Shown here: piece by piece, positions 1 through 13,529 of the stretch | How positions within the stretch are numbered: the first letter of the stretch is position 1 | How the letters are laid out: each line of letters opens with the position of its first letter | Assembly: GCA_900617105.1 (NCBI GenBank) | Contig: UYFQ01000146.1 | Span: 1-64,000 of the forward strand | DNA: 64,000 bases | From: Hydrurus foetidus | Taxonomy: Eukaryota | Direction of reading: 5' to 3' | Made by a program: the position numbers and the translations under genes | Notes under the pieces: model-generated | Database searches by the model: none | What the model was told of the DNA's origin: nothing | Seen by the model: only the letters and a program-made list of their open reading frames with translations

Positions 1-1878
1 CACAACAACTAGATGCACACTTCCCTACCGACGAGGCCTTCGCCCTCATCCCGTCCCTCTACTATACTGATAATAATAATGACCTATTGTGGTGCCTGAG
101 CGAGTCGACCTACCCGGCCTCCCCTCACCTGCACCCCTTATCGACCCCGACTATATAACCCCTGTCGCTGAGACAGAGCACTCAGTCAACGATGACATGA
201 TATACTGGTCCACCTACACCAGTTCTTCCACATGCTTCCCTGTTCACCTCTTCCGTGTCCTGCACTACAACATAGCAGTCCAAATCAAGGATCCCTACAT
301 CCCCAAAGACTTCTGGACCGCAATGCAGTACCCAGAGTGGGAACAGGCCATCAACACTGAGCGAACAAGTTTGAAGTCAACAACTGCTTCCGGTCTGTTC
401 CCTTCACCGGACAGCACCTCGTACCAATGATGTGGCTCTTCAGTATCAAGACTGACGGCACCAAGAAGGCCCGCCTCGTAGGTCGTGGTGATCTCATGAT
501 ACCCTGGGTCGACTTCGACCCCTACGCAGTATACTGCGGTAATGTCAATGCGTCATCGATCAAGATTGCACTCGTCATAGCCGCAACCTACAAATTATCC
601 ATGCGGGGAGGAGATTTAGTAGGCGCCTACTTAATCACACTCGCTAACCCCGACTTTCCCGTTCACATCAAGACACCTCAAGGTTACACCACACCTTTTG
701 GCACATGCTTTCAAGCCATTGGCAACCTCTACGGTTTTCCACCAGCAGGCCAGAATTTCTCAAAAGAAATGTGTACGCGAATGTGGATACGAAAACACAC
801 CGTGGGACTTAAAGTTCTTCTTTAAGTGGGTCCAAGGTCAACCCCTGATACTGATAGCACACTCAGACGACTTCAGATGGTTCGGACCACTTGCACTAAT
901 TAGCGAATGGGATCTCCTCATCGCTACATTCAACTCCCACAAGTATGAAGTCACCGACGCGACCTCCAAAGAGTTCGTCGGCATCCGCATTACATGCGAT
1001 GACAACTTCAACTACTACATGGATCAGTCACGATGATCACATCCATCGTATCGGAGGCCAACCTTGCTGGCGCCGCCGATGAGCATCTACCATATCCACC
1101 TTCTGGTGAGAGTCTGTCCAAGGCGGACAACTCTACCGATCTCGATAGGCACATGTATAATAAGTATCCCTACCGACGGGTAGTTGGTCAACTTATGTAC
1201 GGTATGGTACACACATTGATTACAATCATGTACGCTCTCAACATACTATCAAGATATAGTAACAGTCCAGGTGCAAGACACATCAAGTTCCTTAAGCACT
1301 TACTTCGATATGTCAAGTACGCCAAGATGGATAGACTGAAATTCACCACACACGACGGTCCCACCGACATCGCTACGATGACCAGTCTACTGCAGTTGAA
1401 GTTCCAATGCGACGCCGACCTCGCCGGTAACAAAGACAACCGTCACTCCCAGACCTCCTACATTGGCTACCTCGCCGACAATGTCATCTGCTGGAAGAGT
1501 ACCGACCAAGGCAGCATCTCATCATCAACTGCAGAATCCGAAATCAAGGCAGTTAATCACGCACTAAAATCCGATGTCATTCCCCTCCGGGGCATACTAA
1601 ACCACATGGGATGGACACAAGCTCCTACAGTCATCGAAGAAGACAATTCTGCTTGTGTTGATGCTTCAAATCATACACACATGACCAAGAACCTTCGTCA
1701 CATTGACCTGAGCGAAAACTACTTTAAGGACAAAGTCGCCGATGGTACCTGTGTCATTGTTAAAATCCCTTCGGGCGAAAACAACTCAGACATAGGTACG
1801 AAAAGAGTTCCACTACCACTTTTCGAATACCTAACGCACAGGCTCGTTGACAAGTCTTTACGAACTAATATTAAATAA
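1..1878 (+). pseudogene. Ty1/Copia reverse transcriptase-RNase H, frameshifted; 5' part lies outside the window
   Basis: Overlapping ORFs 89-430, 427-825, 698-1036 and 1033-1878 carry Copia motifs KARLVGRG, AHSDD (YVDD-equivalent), CDADLAG, SSTAESE and NNSDIGTK. Confidence 0.9.
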
Positions 1879-2085
1879 CATAAATACTTAATATCCATAT
1901 TTCTAACATACGTACTAATTTTACTATCTTATATGAGTGCACGCATATATTATAACTAACTTTTTACACTTTTTGCCAAATCTCTCGTACGGGGAGTACA
2001 TCCTCAGTACGGGGAGAATATATACACATATCATTCATTTCGATACTCTGAATAACACGTTCAGCTACATCTTCACTACGGGGAG

Positions 2086-2333
2086 TGTCAGTCCAACATA
2101 TTCATGCATGATCTGTTAGCATAGTTTCATCTGTAGATTAGCATTCACATGTCACAAGTAGTGTAGCGCTTCCTCACCCAAAACACCGCCATACACTGTT
2201 GTGTACATACGCTCATCGTTCTTCTAGCGATATCCCCCTTCGGGGCCATCACCAAGCATCCGGTTTTTCATCACCAAGCATCCGGTTTTCCACCAGGTAT
2301 CCGGTTTCCACCAAGCATCCGATTTCATGAGCA
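2086..2333 (+). repeat. Probable 3' LTR of the first Copia element (right end uncertain)
   Basis: Purine tract GGGGAG (2080-2085) is directly followed by TGTCAG. Four copies of a CACCAAGCATCCGG-like motif lie at ~2250-2322. No partner LTR in the window. Confidence 0.45.
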
Positions 2334-2588
2334 GCGAGGGTTCCGCCCATTGCTCAATCGCCAACTTGAATATTCGCTGAATATATTTCCACTTCGGCGA
2401 TCACCATTTCATGCACAATGGATGCTTTGCTTTGCTTCTTTGATGGTTGTCTTCTCTGATATCATCGCCAGTTGTTTTACTACTTGATCGTTGTAAGTAA
2501 ACACGTCTTCCGAGACCACTTCCATCAGCCAGTCTTTCATTTGCGCTTCCGCAGCCAACAGGTAGCTCGCTTCACTCCACAGCCTGAC

Positions 2589-4654
2589 TCACAGTTCAAA
2601 CTGGTACACAGCGTCATCATCATGCAGTTTATGCAGACAACCAGTACTAATGAAGGACCTTACTATTCCTGCCTTGAATTTTTCCTCTTTGAAACCGCTT
2701 GCAAAAAGATCAAACAAATCATTGATTCCTTGCAACATGTCAGGTCTTGGCGCTTCGAACACCAATGGCTTACGATGTTCTGGATTCTTAGTCGACTCAA
2801 TTTCATACAATTTGGCAAATTCTTGGAAAGCTGTGACGATACGAGATCCTCTAAGCTTTCTACTGTGTGCTTTCAGTGGGCCGTTCACTACCAAGTCCAG
2901 AACCTGCAGTACTCCCGTCATGTTAGGAGGTAGACATGCTACATGGACCTGTAGACTGTTTATCACATTATCCACTGTGCTTGTTTTATGGCACCCGCAA
3001 TTATCAAACCAGATTAACAATTTATCAAGCTTGTCTTTTAATGGTTTAACCACAGTCTCTAGCCACATGATCATCCTGACAGTGTCATTCCAGGCCTTGT
3101 ATTGGCTGGTTATGACTGCACCTGTATCCCTTTGAATGATGTAGTAACATTTATGGACAGCAGTAACACCACTGATTTCAAGCTCTTTTGTCCACAATAC
3201 CAGCTCCCAACCATTACTAATACCAAATCCGTCGTCTTTTTTGTTAATGTTTGTTACCACTGTCATTTTCGATTGATCAGGTCTCACTTCAGAGCTCACG
3301 GAGTGCTTGATAATAATGAACAAAGGTGCGAAGTCTCCTGTTGCAAACACTGCTACCACCGCAGTTATGTGAAGTTTCATATTCGGAACTCTTACGTTCT
3401 GTGCCCGCGATTGATCCGTGGGACAGTAGATGTATTCCGGCCCTATTGCATATGTGAATGCCGTTTCGTCCATGTTCAGTATCTGTCTGGGAGCGTACCC
3501 ATGATCAATTATCATTTTTGTCCTATTACCATTATTCTCTCAACTTCACTTATTTCTGGCATGTCTTTATCGTCTGTTGTTATCTTACGACGTCTTATGT
3601 TTGCCCTAGTCAGGAACCCTCGAACCCAGTGAGGACTAAATTTGAGATCATTTACAGACGGATCACCTTGATATAGCTGTTGCACTCTTGTCGCAGCTTC
3701 TATAATGACCTCATAGGAGTAAGCAACATTAACAATGATGCGTGGCACACTTGCTTCTTCGCCATCAATCTGCAGTCAAATGTCAAAAAGAATGAAATCA
3801 GGTGACGTAACAAATCAACCAAAATGAGCTATTGTATATAACATGATATTGTAACAACAAATAAATTGTAATTTTCATTATAAATATGAACGTACCATTA
3901 CTGTTTCTAGTTCACATATCATAAGCTGCCCCCAAACGGCACATTCAAAATTCTTATCAACTTTCCGACCCCCTTTTTCTCTATATACATCTCTGTTTTT
4001 ACTCCATCTGTCAACAGAACCTTCTACCAGCTCTGAATAACCAGTATGGTGCTCTAGGGCGACCTTGACTAGAGTTGCAGCTGTAATCAATATTCCATTC
4101 ATAATTTATGGTGATTGATCATCCAATACTGCTGATATTACATCATGAATGCGCAGGACCTCAGCCTTTTCTTCGTCACTAAAAGTGATGTTCTTTTTTG
4201 GCAACACCCTAATCGATGCAACTATCCTTTCATCTTTGAGCGATCTGTCTGTAAGTATCTCTAACTTTTCATCCTCGTTTTGGAATAGGTCTTTTGATAC
4301 AGAAGCGAGACTACGGGATTCTTAAATAGCAGCGACGAAATATGGGATAGAGTCTTCGTTACTTAGACAAATAGAAGTCGATACCATAGTGAGAATTTTC
4401 TTCGCACAGTTGCTCAATTGCCTCTCACTTAGTTCGCTACTTGTCTTTCTTCTTTTATTACTGGTGGTACTTAGTTGCACCTCTTTTACAGGAGTAATTT
4501 GTCGTACTGGAAGTTGCTGTTGCCAGAGAAAAGCACCGATATCCACCAACGATTTGAATCGTAATTTCTTATTGAAGTTTAGCTTCATGAGTAGCACCGC
4601 TATTTCGCTAATTTTCAGCGATAAATCGTGAATTCCATGAAATTCCCTGCCCAT
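2589..4654 (-). pseudogene. pogo/Tigger-like (DDE_1, Tc1/mariner superfamily) transposase, intron-containing and frameshifted
   Basis: Motifs LNMDET, WFDNCGCH and LPPNMTGVLQVLDLVVNGPLK; CENP-B-type HTH-like segment (FSPHWVRGFLTR) upstream. A GT-AG intron at 3895-3770 joins ORFs 3878-4102 and 3512-3748 in frame; frameshift near 3513. TIRs not found. Confidence 0.8.
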
Positions 4655-7459
4655 AGGTTAAAATATTATGTCCCAACCATGAAGTACTTCCGGCAAAGTC
4701 ATAAAAGATATAATAAGTCTAGTATTCCTCGCTCTCATCGATACCACTCAATGTCCAAAATTTCTGATCGTCTTCTTGAAGAGGTGAAAGCCTTGATGAA
4801 GAGCCAGTAGATTGATGGTAAAATTAAGCTCAGTGCCGTATGGAAGACACTTCATCGCTTCTGAAATAGCGCAGGGTGACCATTGACCTGATCTATTGGG
4901 AGCTTTTAGAGGATGCCACACCAAGACTACCGCCAGTGTTAGTGCGCAATATTCTACTGCAATCTCATCCATGCTCCGGTATCAGTGTCTTTTGCGACTG
5001 GAAATTACGATCCGCTAGTTGACGGAAAGTTTGGGTTCTAAAGTGAGCGCAAACTTTACAGAACATTCAAAGACATACAAGTTCAGCTAAATCACAGCAT
5101 CTGGGATCATTTCTCACATTGATGACTTTATCTTCTCTCGATTTGTCAGAATATTCGGATATGCGAGCTGTCTGAGGAAATGGATCGTTACGAGGACAAT
5201 TCAACTCGTTTCGAACCGTTGCAAGTCGCAGCCGATTGCGAAAATAGCATGACTTCAAATGTCAAAGAACTGTCCAAAACTGTGGAGAGTTGTATATTCT
5301 ATAGCTAGCTGTTGAGGAGTGCACACGATTGGAAGTGTAAATCAATCATGATGAATTCGGCAGGGAAAATGGGTTCTATTCCTCTGCATTCCGGCCGCTA
5401 CCCGGTCGGATGATACCGTACCTCCCGGCACAGGGGTTAGCTTCTCAAACACCCTTAAGACCGGTGAGGTGCACTTGATAACGGGCTGTTAGTCAACCAA
5501 TGTGAGTTGCCCTACAAGTGGCGTCACTCGCGCGCCAGCTAGTGCCCACCCACCCTATCCGTGTAGCCGCTGACTCAGTCGGCTGCGCTGGTATAGGATG
5601 GACCGTGGACCCAGAAAAGCCCTTCATCCACAGCTACCTAGGGCGCTCCTGATGGTCATCTCGTTCCTGATGGTCACGGTCTCCGCTGCTCATATGTATT
5701 CGTCATGAAGTCATGGGACCCCGCCGCTTGCTTCACCTTGACCCTATGGTCGTCCTTGGTGATACTACAGATTTTGAACGACCCGTTACCGACAGCTCTG
5801 ACCCAAAGTCCTGTCTTGCTCCCATCTCGCTTGGGGACACACAGCAGCTCCTCATCGTAATCGGCTTCTGCGAACTCGATCAAGCTGTTAAGGAACTCGC
5901 TTTCTACGAGGTACTCGCCGATGAGCTTCGCCTTGGCAGTGACCCTGCCCTTTGTGGTCACAGTCATGACTCAGCACTCTCCTACTTGGCCGTACCCCTG
6001 CCCCGTACCCCTGCCCGTAGAGGCAGGTTGGAACTCCCCATCAAGCTGGTAGAATCAGACGCGGTCTTGACTGCGAAAGTCCAATCGTCTATCCTTAAGG
6101 CTTCCCTTACTTTCTCCTTTCTACGTCTCTCCTCCGATCCGGGCGGCTAGCTCGAACCCAAACATGCACGCAGGGTACGTTTCTAAGCATGAAGTCGAAG
6201 AATGACGTGCTACACACCAACAGCCTCCTGGCTGTCGATGTGACCCTGGAGTCGCGGTCACATCTAGTCGGTCGCATAGGCACGCATCCTCCTCGACAAC
6301 CGTGTTCTTCTCGTCTCGACTTGCGCTGACACCCCCGATACCTCTGCGCCTTTCATTACACCTTGTGCTCTCACATCAAGCTGGCTACTCTGTGGAGACG
6401 ACCACTCATCGCGCTTTATTTCTGAAAAATTGATGTTGGTGCGGGAAAGGTGGGTCTCTGCTCTCTTATATGATTATGGTAAGGACTTGCACTCGTGTGC
6501 TTGCGCCCTTACCAGTGCTATAGCCGCGTAGTATTCTGACAGATACAGTATACCACGCGGCTATAGCCACACACATACAATGCACTGAGCTTTCTACCGT
6601 CAACCTGACGGCAGGACTATTACTTACTTAATAGTCAGGCCTTTTCTACGGCTACACACAGGTGCCGTAGACAGTACAAGGTGCTATAACACAGGTAAAA
6701 TCAGAGGCTTGTCATATCAAGCTTGTCACAAGTGAATAGACTGCATCAATATATTATGGGGCTGTTTCTTGCAAACATGTAACCAACCGTCGCAGCATGT
6801 ACTGGGCCAACGCTATTTCTGTAGCCACACGGCTACAGACAGTACACACCACACCACCCGGCTGTCTCATCACACATTTACAGACAGTCACACCCATAAC
6901 TAACACATTGGAAAACACTACGGGGCTGTTTCTTGCGCATGTGAAGACTGCCCCACCAAGACAGTCTGCTTTCCTTGGCTCACTTGCCTCAGATGGTGTA
7001 TACTCAGCCAACGCTGCGCCTTCAAGGCACAGTGGCTACAGTACACTGTCACACATGCGCAGACAGACACACCCATCAATGCTATGTTGTACGTATTCAA
7101 ATGACAAATTCAATTGATCATTCTTTGCTCACGCAGGGTGTGGATTCAACATCAATTAATCGTGTTTCTCCAGAATCCACAAAGCATCAACGCAAACGCA
7201 CACCACCAACACTATGGTGCCGTAAGTTCATATCAGCTTATCACTATTATGATCGCCTACGATTTACTTATAACAATACACCCTCACCTGGCTGGATTGT
7301 TACCGCACCGCTCACTGTGGTGCAGCCTTCTTGAGTGAAGACACTGCATGGGTAGTGATGGACATTATTGTGGACTCTTCATTCGCTATCCCCAAAGGGG
7401 ACGGTCTCTCCTCAGACACTGTCTCCAGGCACCCAGTCTCGTCTCTACTCTACAGTGGG

Positions 7460-7790
7460 CTACCTGCACCGTACTGCACTCGCACGCACCGCACCATACT
7501 GCATTCTCTCACATGCACTGCGCTGCACGCACATGCACCGCACTGCATCACATCGCACTGATATGCACAGTACTGCATCGTACTGCTCTCACAAGCACCG
7601 CACTGCACTCACATGCACCGCACTGCATCACACTGCACTCACATGCACCGCACTGCACTCACATGCACCGTACTGTAGAACACTGCTTTCACGCGCACCG
7701 AACTGCATCATACTGCTCTAATATGCACAGCCTTGCATCATACTGTACTAATATACACAGCCTTGCATCATACTGTACTAATAAACACCG
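7460..7790. repeat. Degenerate minisatellite (~20-bp CACTGCACTCACATGCACCG units grading into ~30-bp units)
   Basis: Tandem units read directly; they explain the repetitive His/Cys/Thr ORFs at 7331-8056. Confidence 0.85.
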
Positions 7791-9224
7791 CGACAATGCA
7801 CTGTCAGCAGCACGTCCTGACAACCGCGACGCTTGGTCGGATGACACTGTGCAAAACCAGCAATCTGACACGCTGGCCTGCGGCACTACCGCCAGGAATG
7901 CGGCTCTGGTGCTCCTATTGTTCGATGAATTCTGGCGCGTACAGAACACCCACTTCTGGCAATGGAAGTTCTATGTGCCGTGCAGTTACAGCACACCGTA
8001 GTGGTTACTGTAGCGCTGGCTTCTTGTACCGAAAAGAAATAACAGGAGAGAAATAACACGTAGCCTTCTCCTGTAGACCACAGTAAATTAGCTGGTCACT
8101 CCCTACATGGCCTGCACTGCCAGTATCGGTAGGCATCCCACGGCGTCATTGATCAGCCGTCGCGCTAATGGCCCCCACTCAGAGGTTGCGATGATGTGAG
8201 ACGCCTATCATCTATATTTTGCCTTAATATCGTTCTAGAAAGCTTACTGCCTCCATGCACGCCTGGTGCTGTCATTTTTCATCTTCTAGCCTGTCGCGAG
8301 CATCACACCCACCACTGGCGATGACACCCCCGATACCTCGTCGTCCTCTGCGATTGAAGTGGAGTACAGCTTTTGACTCCGTCAGGATTCTCACTCCGTC
8401 AGTCTAGATCCCAAGAAGATTCCGAAGGTTGGGGAAAGACGGAATAAACTCATATATTTCATATGAATACGGAAAAATATATAATATCGCGTATTCCGAA
8501 TCCACCAGCTTCTCCTTTCCTTTTTGAAAATAAGCATTTCTCTCCCCAGAGTATAAGGACAGAAGTGATTTTGCAGCAGTTGAATTCTTATTCATTATTT
8601 ATTTATCACCTTCCCGGAATTCGTCAAATCTGTTTATTCATTTTGTTTTATTTTTCGTCTTGCGATTTATTTTTCTATTTTTTCTAATGCCATGAGGAGC
8701 AATTGTTGACATTCTCAGTCGAATTAGGAATATTTGATCATGATTTTCTACGCGTCTGGGGTTCCGAAGGTCTTGAAAAGACGGGAAAATACAATATATT
8801 TCGTATGCATACAGGAAAGCCCATGATATTCCGTATCGCAGATAAATCACTTCTTATTTCTTCCTCTCAGAGAATTATTTCATTTAACTTATGGTAGAAG
8901 TAGGAGGGAGAAGATTTCTGTAGCATTTTAATTCATTATCTGTATCCACTAGTTTATTATCTATTGATCCTCTTCCTTTATTTTGCTTGATTTCCTAATT
9001 AACTGACCTCATTTATTTACTTATTTTAATTTTGTAAGTATTATTCTGTGATTTCGTTTATATTTCGATTCAAATTAAACGAATTATTGACACTCCTTGT
9101 CAGATTAAGTAATTCACCGTGAATTTCTGTTCCTTTATCTGTTTTCTTCGCATTTCTTGTTTGATCACATTCCGAATTCCGGATTTTCCGAAGACAACTC
9201 TAATAATCTCCGCCCATTTAATCG

Positions 9225-9305
9225 GAGCCAATTGTCTAGTGGTAGCACGCACACTCTATAAATAGAATGTTTCGCGAAGTCGTGGGGTCGATCCCAGTAA
9301 TGTCT
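9225..9305 (+). other. Degenerate tRNA-like / SINE-head sequence
   Basis: A-box-like TGTCTAGTGGTAG and B-box-like GGGGTCGATCCC at tRNA-like spacing, but no convincing acceptor stem. Confidence 0.3.
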
Positions 9306-10201
9306 TTCCTTAATTATCCAATACACGAGTCAAAGGGCTCTCTACTCTGCTACCAAGTAGCCACTATATCTAGTATCTGATCAAGGGTTGCACGGACAGC
9401 AGGAAGGAAAACTCCAAGCAATAAACAAATGCCCCTCCCTGACCAAATGTAAACGAGATCGGCAATGAAATCCTGAACAAGTTGCAATTCTGATGGTGTT
9501 GTCTTCATCCATTGGCCACTGCTGATGTTCTTGTGCCTGTGATACTGCAATGTTAGTTGAGGTCGTGATCGCGTTGATTGGCCGAACTTATGTTCCGAAG
9601 GAATCATGAGTAGATACAGGAGCATTTCGACGCGCCTCCATCTCGTCTCCAATGCTCTTTCACTGAACTCAATATGCTGAACTCCGAAATTGATTGCCAT
9701 TTCCTGATGAAAAATCACGATAACCGATCGAGAGCACATCCTACTCGCAACCGTAATTCGCAATTTGGCTCGACACCCCCTTCATTCCTCGAGCCAATTA
9801 AAGATCGAATTGTTTCTTCGTCGGCATTTCCGCAAGGGATCTGAGAGTTCCAGCTGCAAGTCATATCCTTGTCGTGAACGCTAGTTTCCTTTGATTAAAT
9901 AAAAACACGCTACGCTGCTGCAATGATTAGCAAGCAGGTGCAGTGCATCAAACGCTGCGATTAAGTCGAGATCGCAGGATTGAAAAGATATGATGCATGT
10001 ATCTAGAGTAGCTATGCAACGAGACTTGCGTCTCTCATAATGAGTGATGTGGACATAAGAATGGAAGACTATACTATGAACCGACCGGTTGCTTGGAATT
10101 CCAGTCCAGAGAACCTATACTACCCTCCGCAAGCTCCGGGTATCCTCTAACGGATTACTGAAATCCCAGCAAAACGAAAGGAAGGAGACGGTATCCAACA
10201 G

Positions 10202-10480
10202 TGTTGGAAATCTGGGCGATTTACAAGGAATTTCTTCCGAGTTCCCAAACGATCCCTGCACTTCCGACTGCTAGCAACGCTCGCTCAAAAGAGAAGAAGA
10301 CGTTCTATTCGGTAAGTTGGATTAAACGACAGTGACATGCTATCGATTACATCTAGGTAGCATAACATGAGTGCGAGGGTTGCGGTCAATGTGATCGCTG
10401 AATGTACGTACACCCGTGCATGAAAACAATCATACATCACACAGGGTACAAGATACTAGTCTAATCCGGATATCACAACA
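10202..10480 (-). repeat. 3' LTR of Copia A
   Basis: Direct repeat of 21677-21955. Confidence 0.95.
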
Positions 10481-11044
10481 CACCCCCATGATGATTATTG
10501 TTTGAATAAGTGAAAATGTTAATTAGCCAACACACCCCCATGATGATTATTGTTTGAATAAGTGAAAATGTTAATTAGCATATGCTTATATAGTATACTT
10601 ATTGGTTATTGTTCATAATGTTTCACACAACACTCAGATAGGGAACTTAGTGTTAGGGTATGGTAAACAGTTAATTTTCTTAAAAATATTTTTTACGGAA
10701 TTTTTTGATATTGACAAGTTGCATCGTGGTATGGTGTAAATTAAAACATGGGTGGTTGGATTAGCGGGTAAGTATTACTCGAGAAAAACTATTTCTAAAC
10801 CGTCAAAAAAGCCTCAGCTGGTGACCGGTCTCGAGTTCGATCCAACCGATGTTGGTGCCCTTAAATCCGCTAAAACGTCGATATTCGATGTCGCAAAGGC
10901 GGTGCATCGATGTCCCTCGCGGTCCTATCAAACAAATGTTGATTTAAAGCGAAATCAGATTTTTTATTTTTATTTTGTAATTTCTCTGGAAAAAGCGCTA
11001 TAAGTGGGTAAGTCAAAATCAATAAATAACTCCCCTGAATTTCT

Positions 11045-11971
11045 TTATACATTGAGCACTTGGTCACGTAGCTCATGGAATAGCTTCCCCTGCAGTGGCT
11101 TGGTAAGCAAATCTGCAATCATTTCTTTAGTACTCTTGTAGATTACAATAATATGGTCTGATTTAATTCGGTCATGCAGGAAGAAAAACTTGATGTCTAT
11201 ATGTCTAGTTCTTTCACTGTTGGACCTACCGTTCTTAACTAACTGAATTGTGGATAGGTTGTCTTGGTAGATTAAAGCTGGACCTACCTCATACTCTTGA
11301 TGGATAAGGAAATTCCTAGTCCATAAAACCTGATTACCTGCTTCAGTCATAGCTACTAGTTCTGCCTCTGTGCTAGACGTAGTATTTAATTTCTGAGTGG
11401 AACTCTTACCATATATTGCTCCCTTACCTAGTGTTATAATACAGCCAGTGTGACTCTTCTTATCTGCATGTACAGCGTATGATGCATCTATGTAGGCTAT
11501 AACCTTAACCGGAGTATCTACCTCTAGGGTCAGCGGCATAGCTCTAGTCTCTCTGATGTACCGTATAGTATGCGCTAACTTATTCCAGTCGTCGGTTCTA
11601 GGTTCTAAGACTCTTTTAGTTAGATATGCTATACATGTCAGTATGTCTGGTCTGGTTCTCTTACTTAAATATAACAACTTAGCTGTTAGTGAGTGGAATC
11701 TCTCACGTTCTTTATCTTTCAATAAAGGACTGTTAGGATCGATCTTAAATAGATTATCGTCGGCAGGTGTTCTAGACACCCCCACAATCTCTATGCAATC
11801 GTCTAACAAGTCTTTTATGAAACCTTCCATGGATATGACAACTCTGCCTAACTGCTCAAAGTCAAAAGTCATACCTATATAATTCAACACTTTACCTCTA
11901 CTCTTAGTCAAGCCTGGGTATAGTTTTTCTATCTCTGAAATTATACTATCTATACGCTTCTCATCCCTACT
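11045..11971 (-). pseudogene. Copia A RT C-terminus and RNase H
   Basis: Motifs YIDASYA, SSTEAE, RTRHIDIKFFF and ADLLTKPL. The frame rejoins the segment beyond 19526 (IHVDDMMISSRDEKRID) once Gypsy A and one TSD copy are removed. Confidence 0.92.
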
Positions 11972-12294
11972 ATGCTGTGTCACGGCTTAGCAAACTGGCT
12001 GAAGATAAACGTTGGTTCTGGAGTTGAGCAAATCGGCTCAACTGGAGATCTTGTCAGACTACTTGGACTGATCAAGGCGGTTGGTTGACTCAAAGGAGTC
12101 GAAGTCGGTTGGAGTTTATTAACGGTAGTTATTAAGATGTGAAAGGAGTGTGAGATTAGCTACGATAGAGTGCAACTCGAGTTGACGTTGTCGAACAGTC
12201 AGAAACCGAAAACTGGTACGAAAAACTAGTGGTTACAACTAACGTGCGATTTGTCAGTACAAACGTGCATGCAATATATAGTGTAACTATAACA
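11972..12294 (-). repeat. 3' LTR of Gypsy A
   Basis: Near-identical to 19199-19521. Confidence 0.93.
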
Positions 12295-12730
12295 CCACCC
12301 TCCTCCGGATCAAATGAATTGATTGTGTGAAGTGGAAATTAAGAAATACAAATAGTTAACTACATCTCAGTGAGTTCGTTAAAGTATTTGCATCGCGATA
12401 AAAGCTTCTTAAGAAAACATAAAACAATTGTCTACGCGGTAGAGTCGGACCCGCGACCCTTGAACTGAGACTAGACCCTATTACCACAGCACCAAAAGCC
12501 TTATCTAATGGATTATATAAGTATATATATGAACACAAAAATGTATGATGTGTATTATTGTTCTGACGGTTTTTTAATTTTTTGGTCAGTTGCGATGACG
12601 ACGAGTTTTTTGATTATTTTGTTGTGACGATGGTATTGAGGTTGCAGTTGACGTAAAAAAAAAAACATTTTTTTGAAGTGAGATATATACATCAATATAG
12701 ATCGGATGATCACAATTTTTTCGAGGTACA

Positions 12731-13309
12731 ATGGAGGATATAGTGAAGTGGCCACTCAGTGAAAACATGTGCATGTTACATGTTCTGTACAATGGATTGG
12801 ACAGTGCTGGTAGAGAGTTAATGACATGTGGTGGCACATTTGAACCAAGAGCGTTACTGAAGTCTGTTATGGTTAATGGTGTTGGAAGGACACTGTTAAA
12901 AGGAGCGAGCGCAGAGGACGCACACAAGCTTATGGAGAAGATTGTAGAGAATAATAAAGCGAGAGGAAAGTCAGTGATGTATACGTGGAAGAGGGTCGGA
13001 TACAATCGCAAGACGAACAAACGGTGGAATGTACACGATATTCGAAAATCATTGGGGAAGAAAGGGCTACATGTGATATTTGGGAAAGCGAAAAAAGAGA
13101 GCGACAAGCACAAGAATTGGATCAAGAGATTGAAGAAGCTGGAGAAGGATGGCGAAGAGGATGAGATCGAGAATTTGTATGTAGAAGCGGCAGACGGGTG
13201 GAGTGCGGTAGATCATGCAGTAGGTATTAGAGTGGATGAAAATTTGAATGCAACACTAATTTGTAATGGATGTGTTAAGGGCGCGAAAAATCGTAAATTT
13301 AGCAGATAG
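12731..13309 (+). CDS. Antisense accessory ORF of Gypsy A; possible papain-fold (Josephin-like) cysteine peptidase
   Basis: 192-aa ORF between pol and the 3' LTR with CMLHVLYNGL and DHAVGIRV motifs. The function is an inference. Confidence 0.5.
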   Translation: MEDIVKWPLSENMCMLHVLYNGLDSAGRELMTCGGTFEPRALLKSVMVNGVGRTLLKGASAEDAHKLMEKIVENNKARGKSVMYTWKRVGYNRKTNKRWNVHDIRKSLGKKGLHVIFGKAKKESDKHKNWIKRLKKLEKDGEEDEIENLYVEAADGWSAVDHAVGIRVDENLNATLICNGCVKGAKNRKFSR

Positions 13310-13529
13310 AATGGAAGATGTTTGCATATGTTATGAGTATGATTTGGTGGAAATTTAAGATATAAAAAAAATACTTTTGTCGGGTTCACACCCTTTTGAT
13401 CGGTCAACCGTGGAGGACCTGCGAAAGGCCTGGTAGTACCTGAGTGCCTGGAGCATTACGATACATGATAGATCAAAACTTGAAATTGACGGAAACTGCA
13501 TTTGGATCGCCGGACAGGAGAAACACAGG

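Noticed and set aside
5380..5680. GC-rich stretch with stems, considered as a ribozyme or retroelement 5' UTR
   Set aside because: No hammerhead or HDV core could be identified by eye; would need an Infernal search.
5674..6150. Overlapping ORFs 5674-5967(-) and 5713-6150(+)
   Set aside because: May be a degraded gene, but I cannot assign a family.
7331..8056. His/Cys-rich ORFs
   Set aside because: They are translations of the minisatellite in several frames.
9350..9763. 137-aa minus-strand ORF
   Set aside because: Non-ATG start, no motif and no splice support.
10815..10870. GAGTTCGATCC B-box-like motif
   Set aside because: Lies in the Copia A 3' UTR with no cloverleaf.
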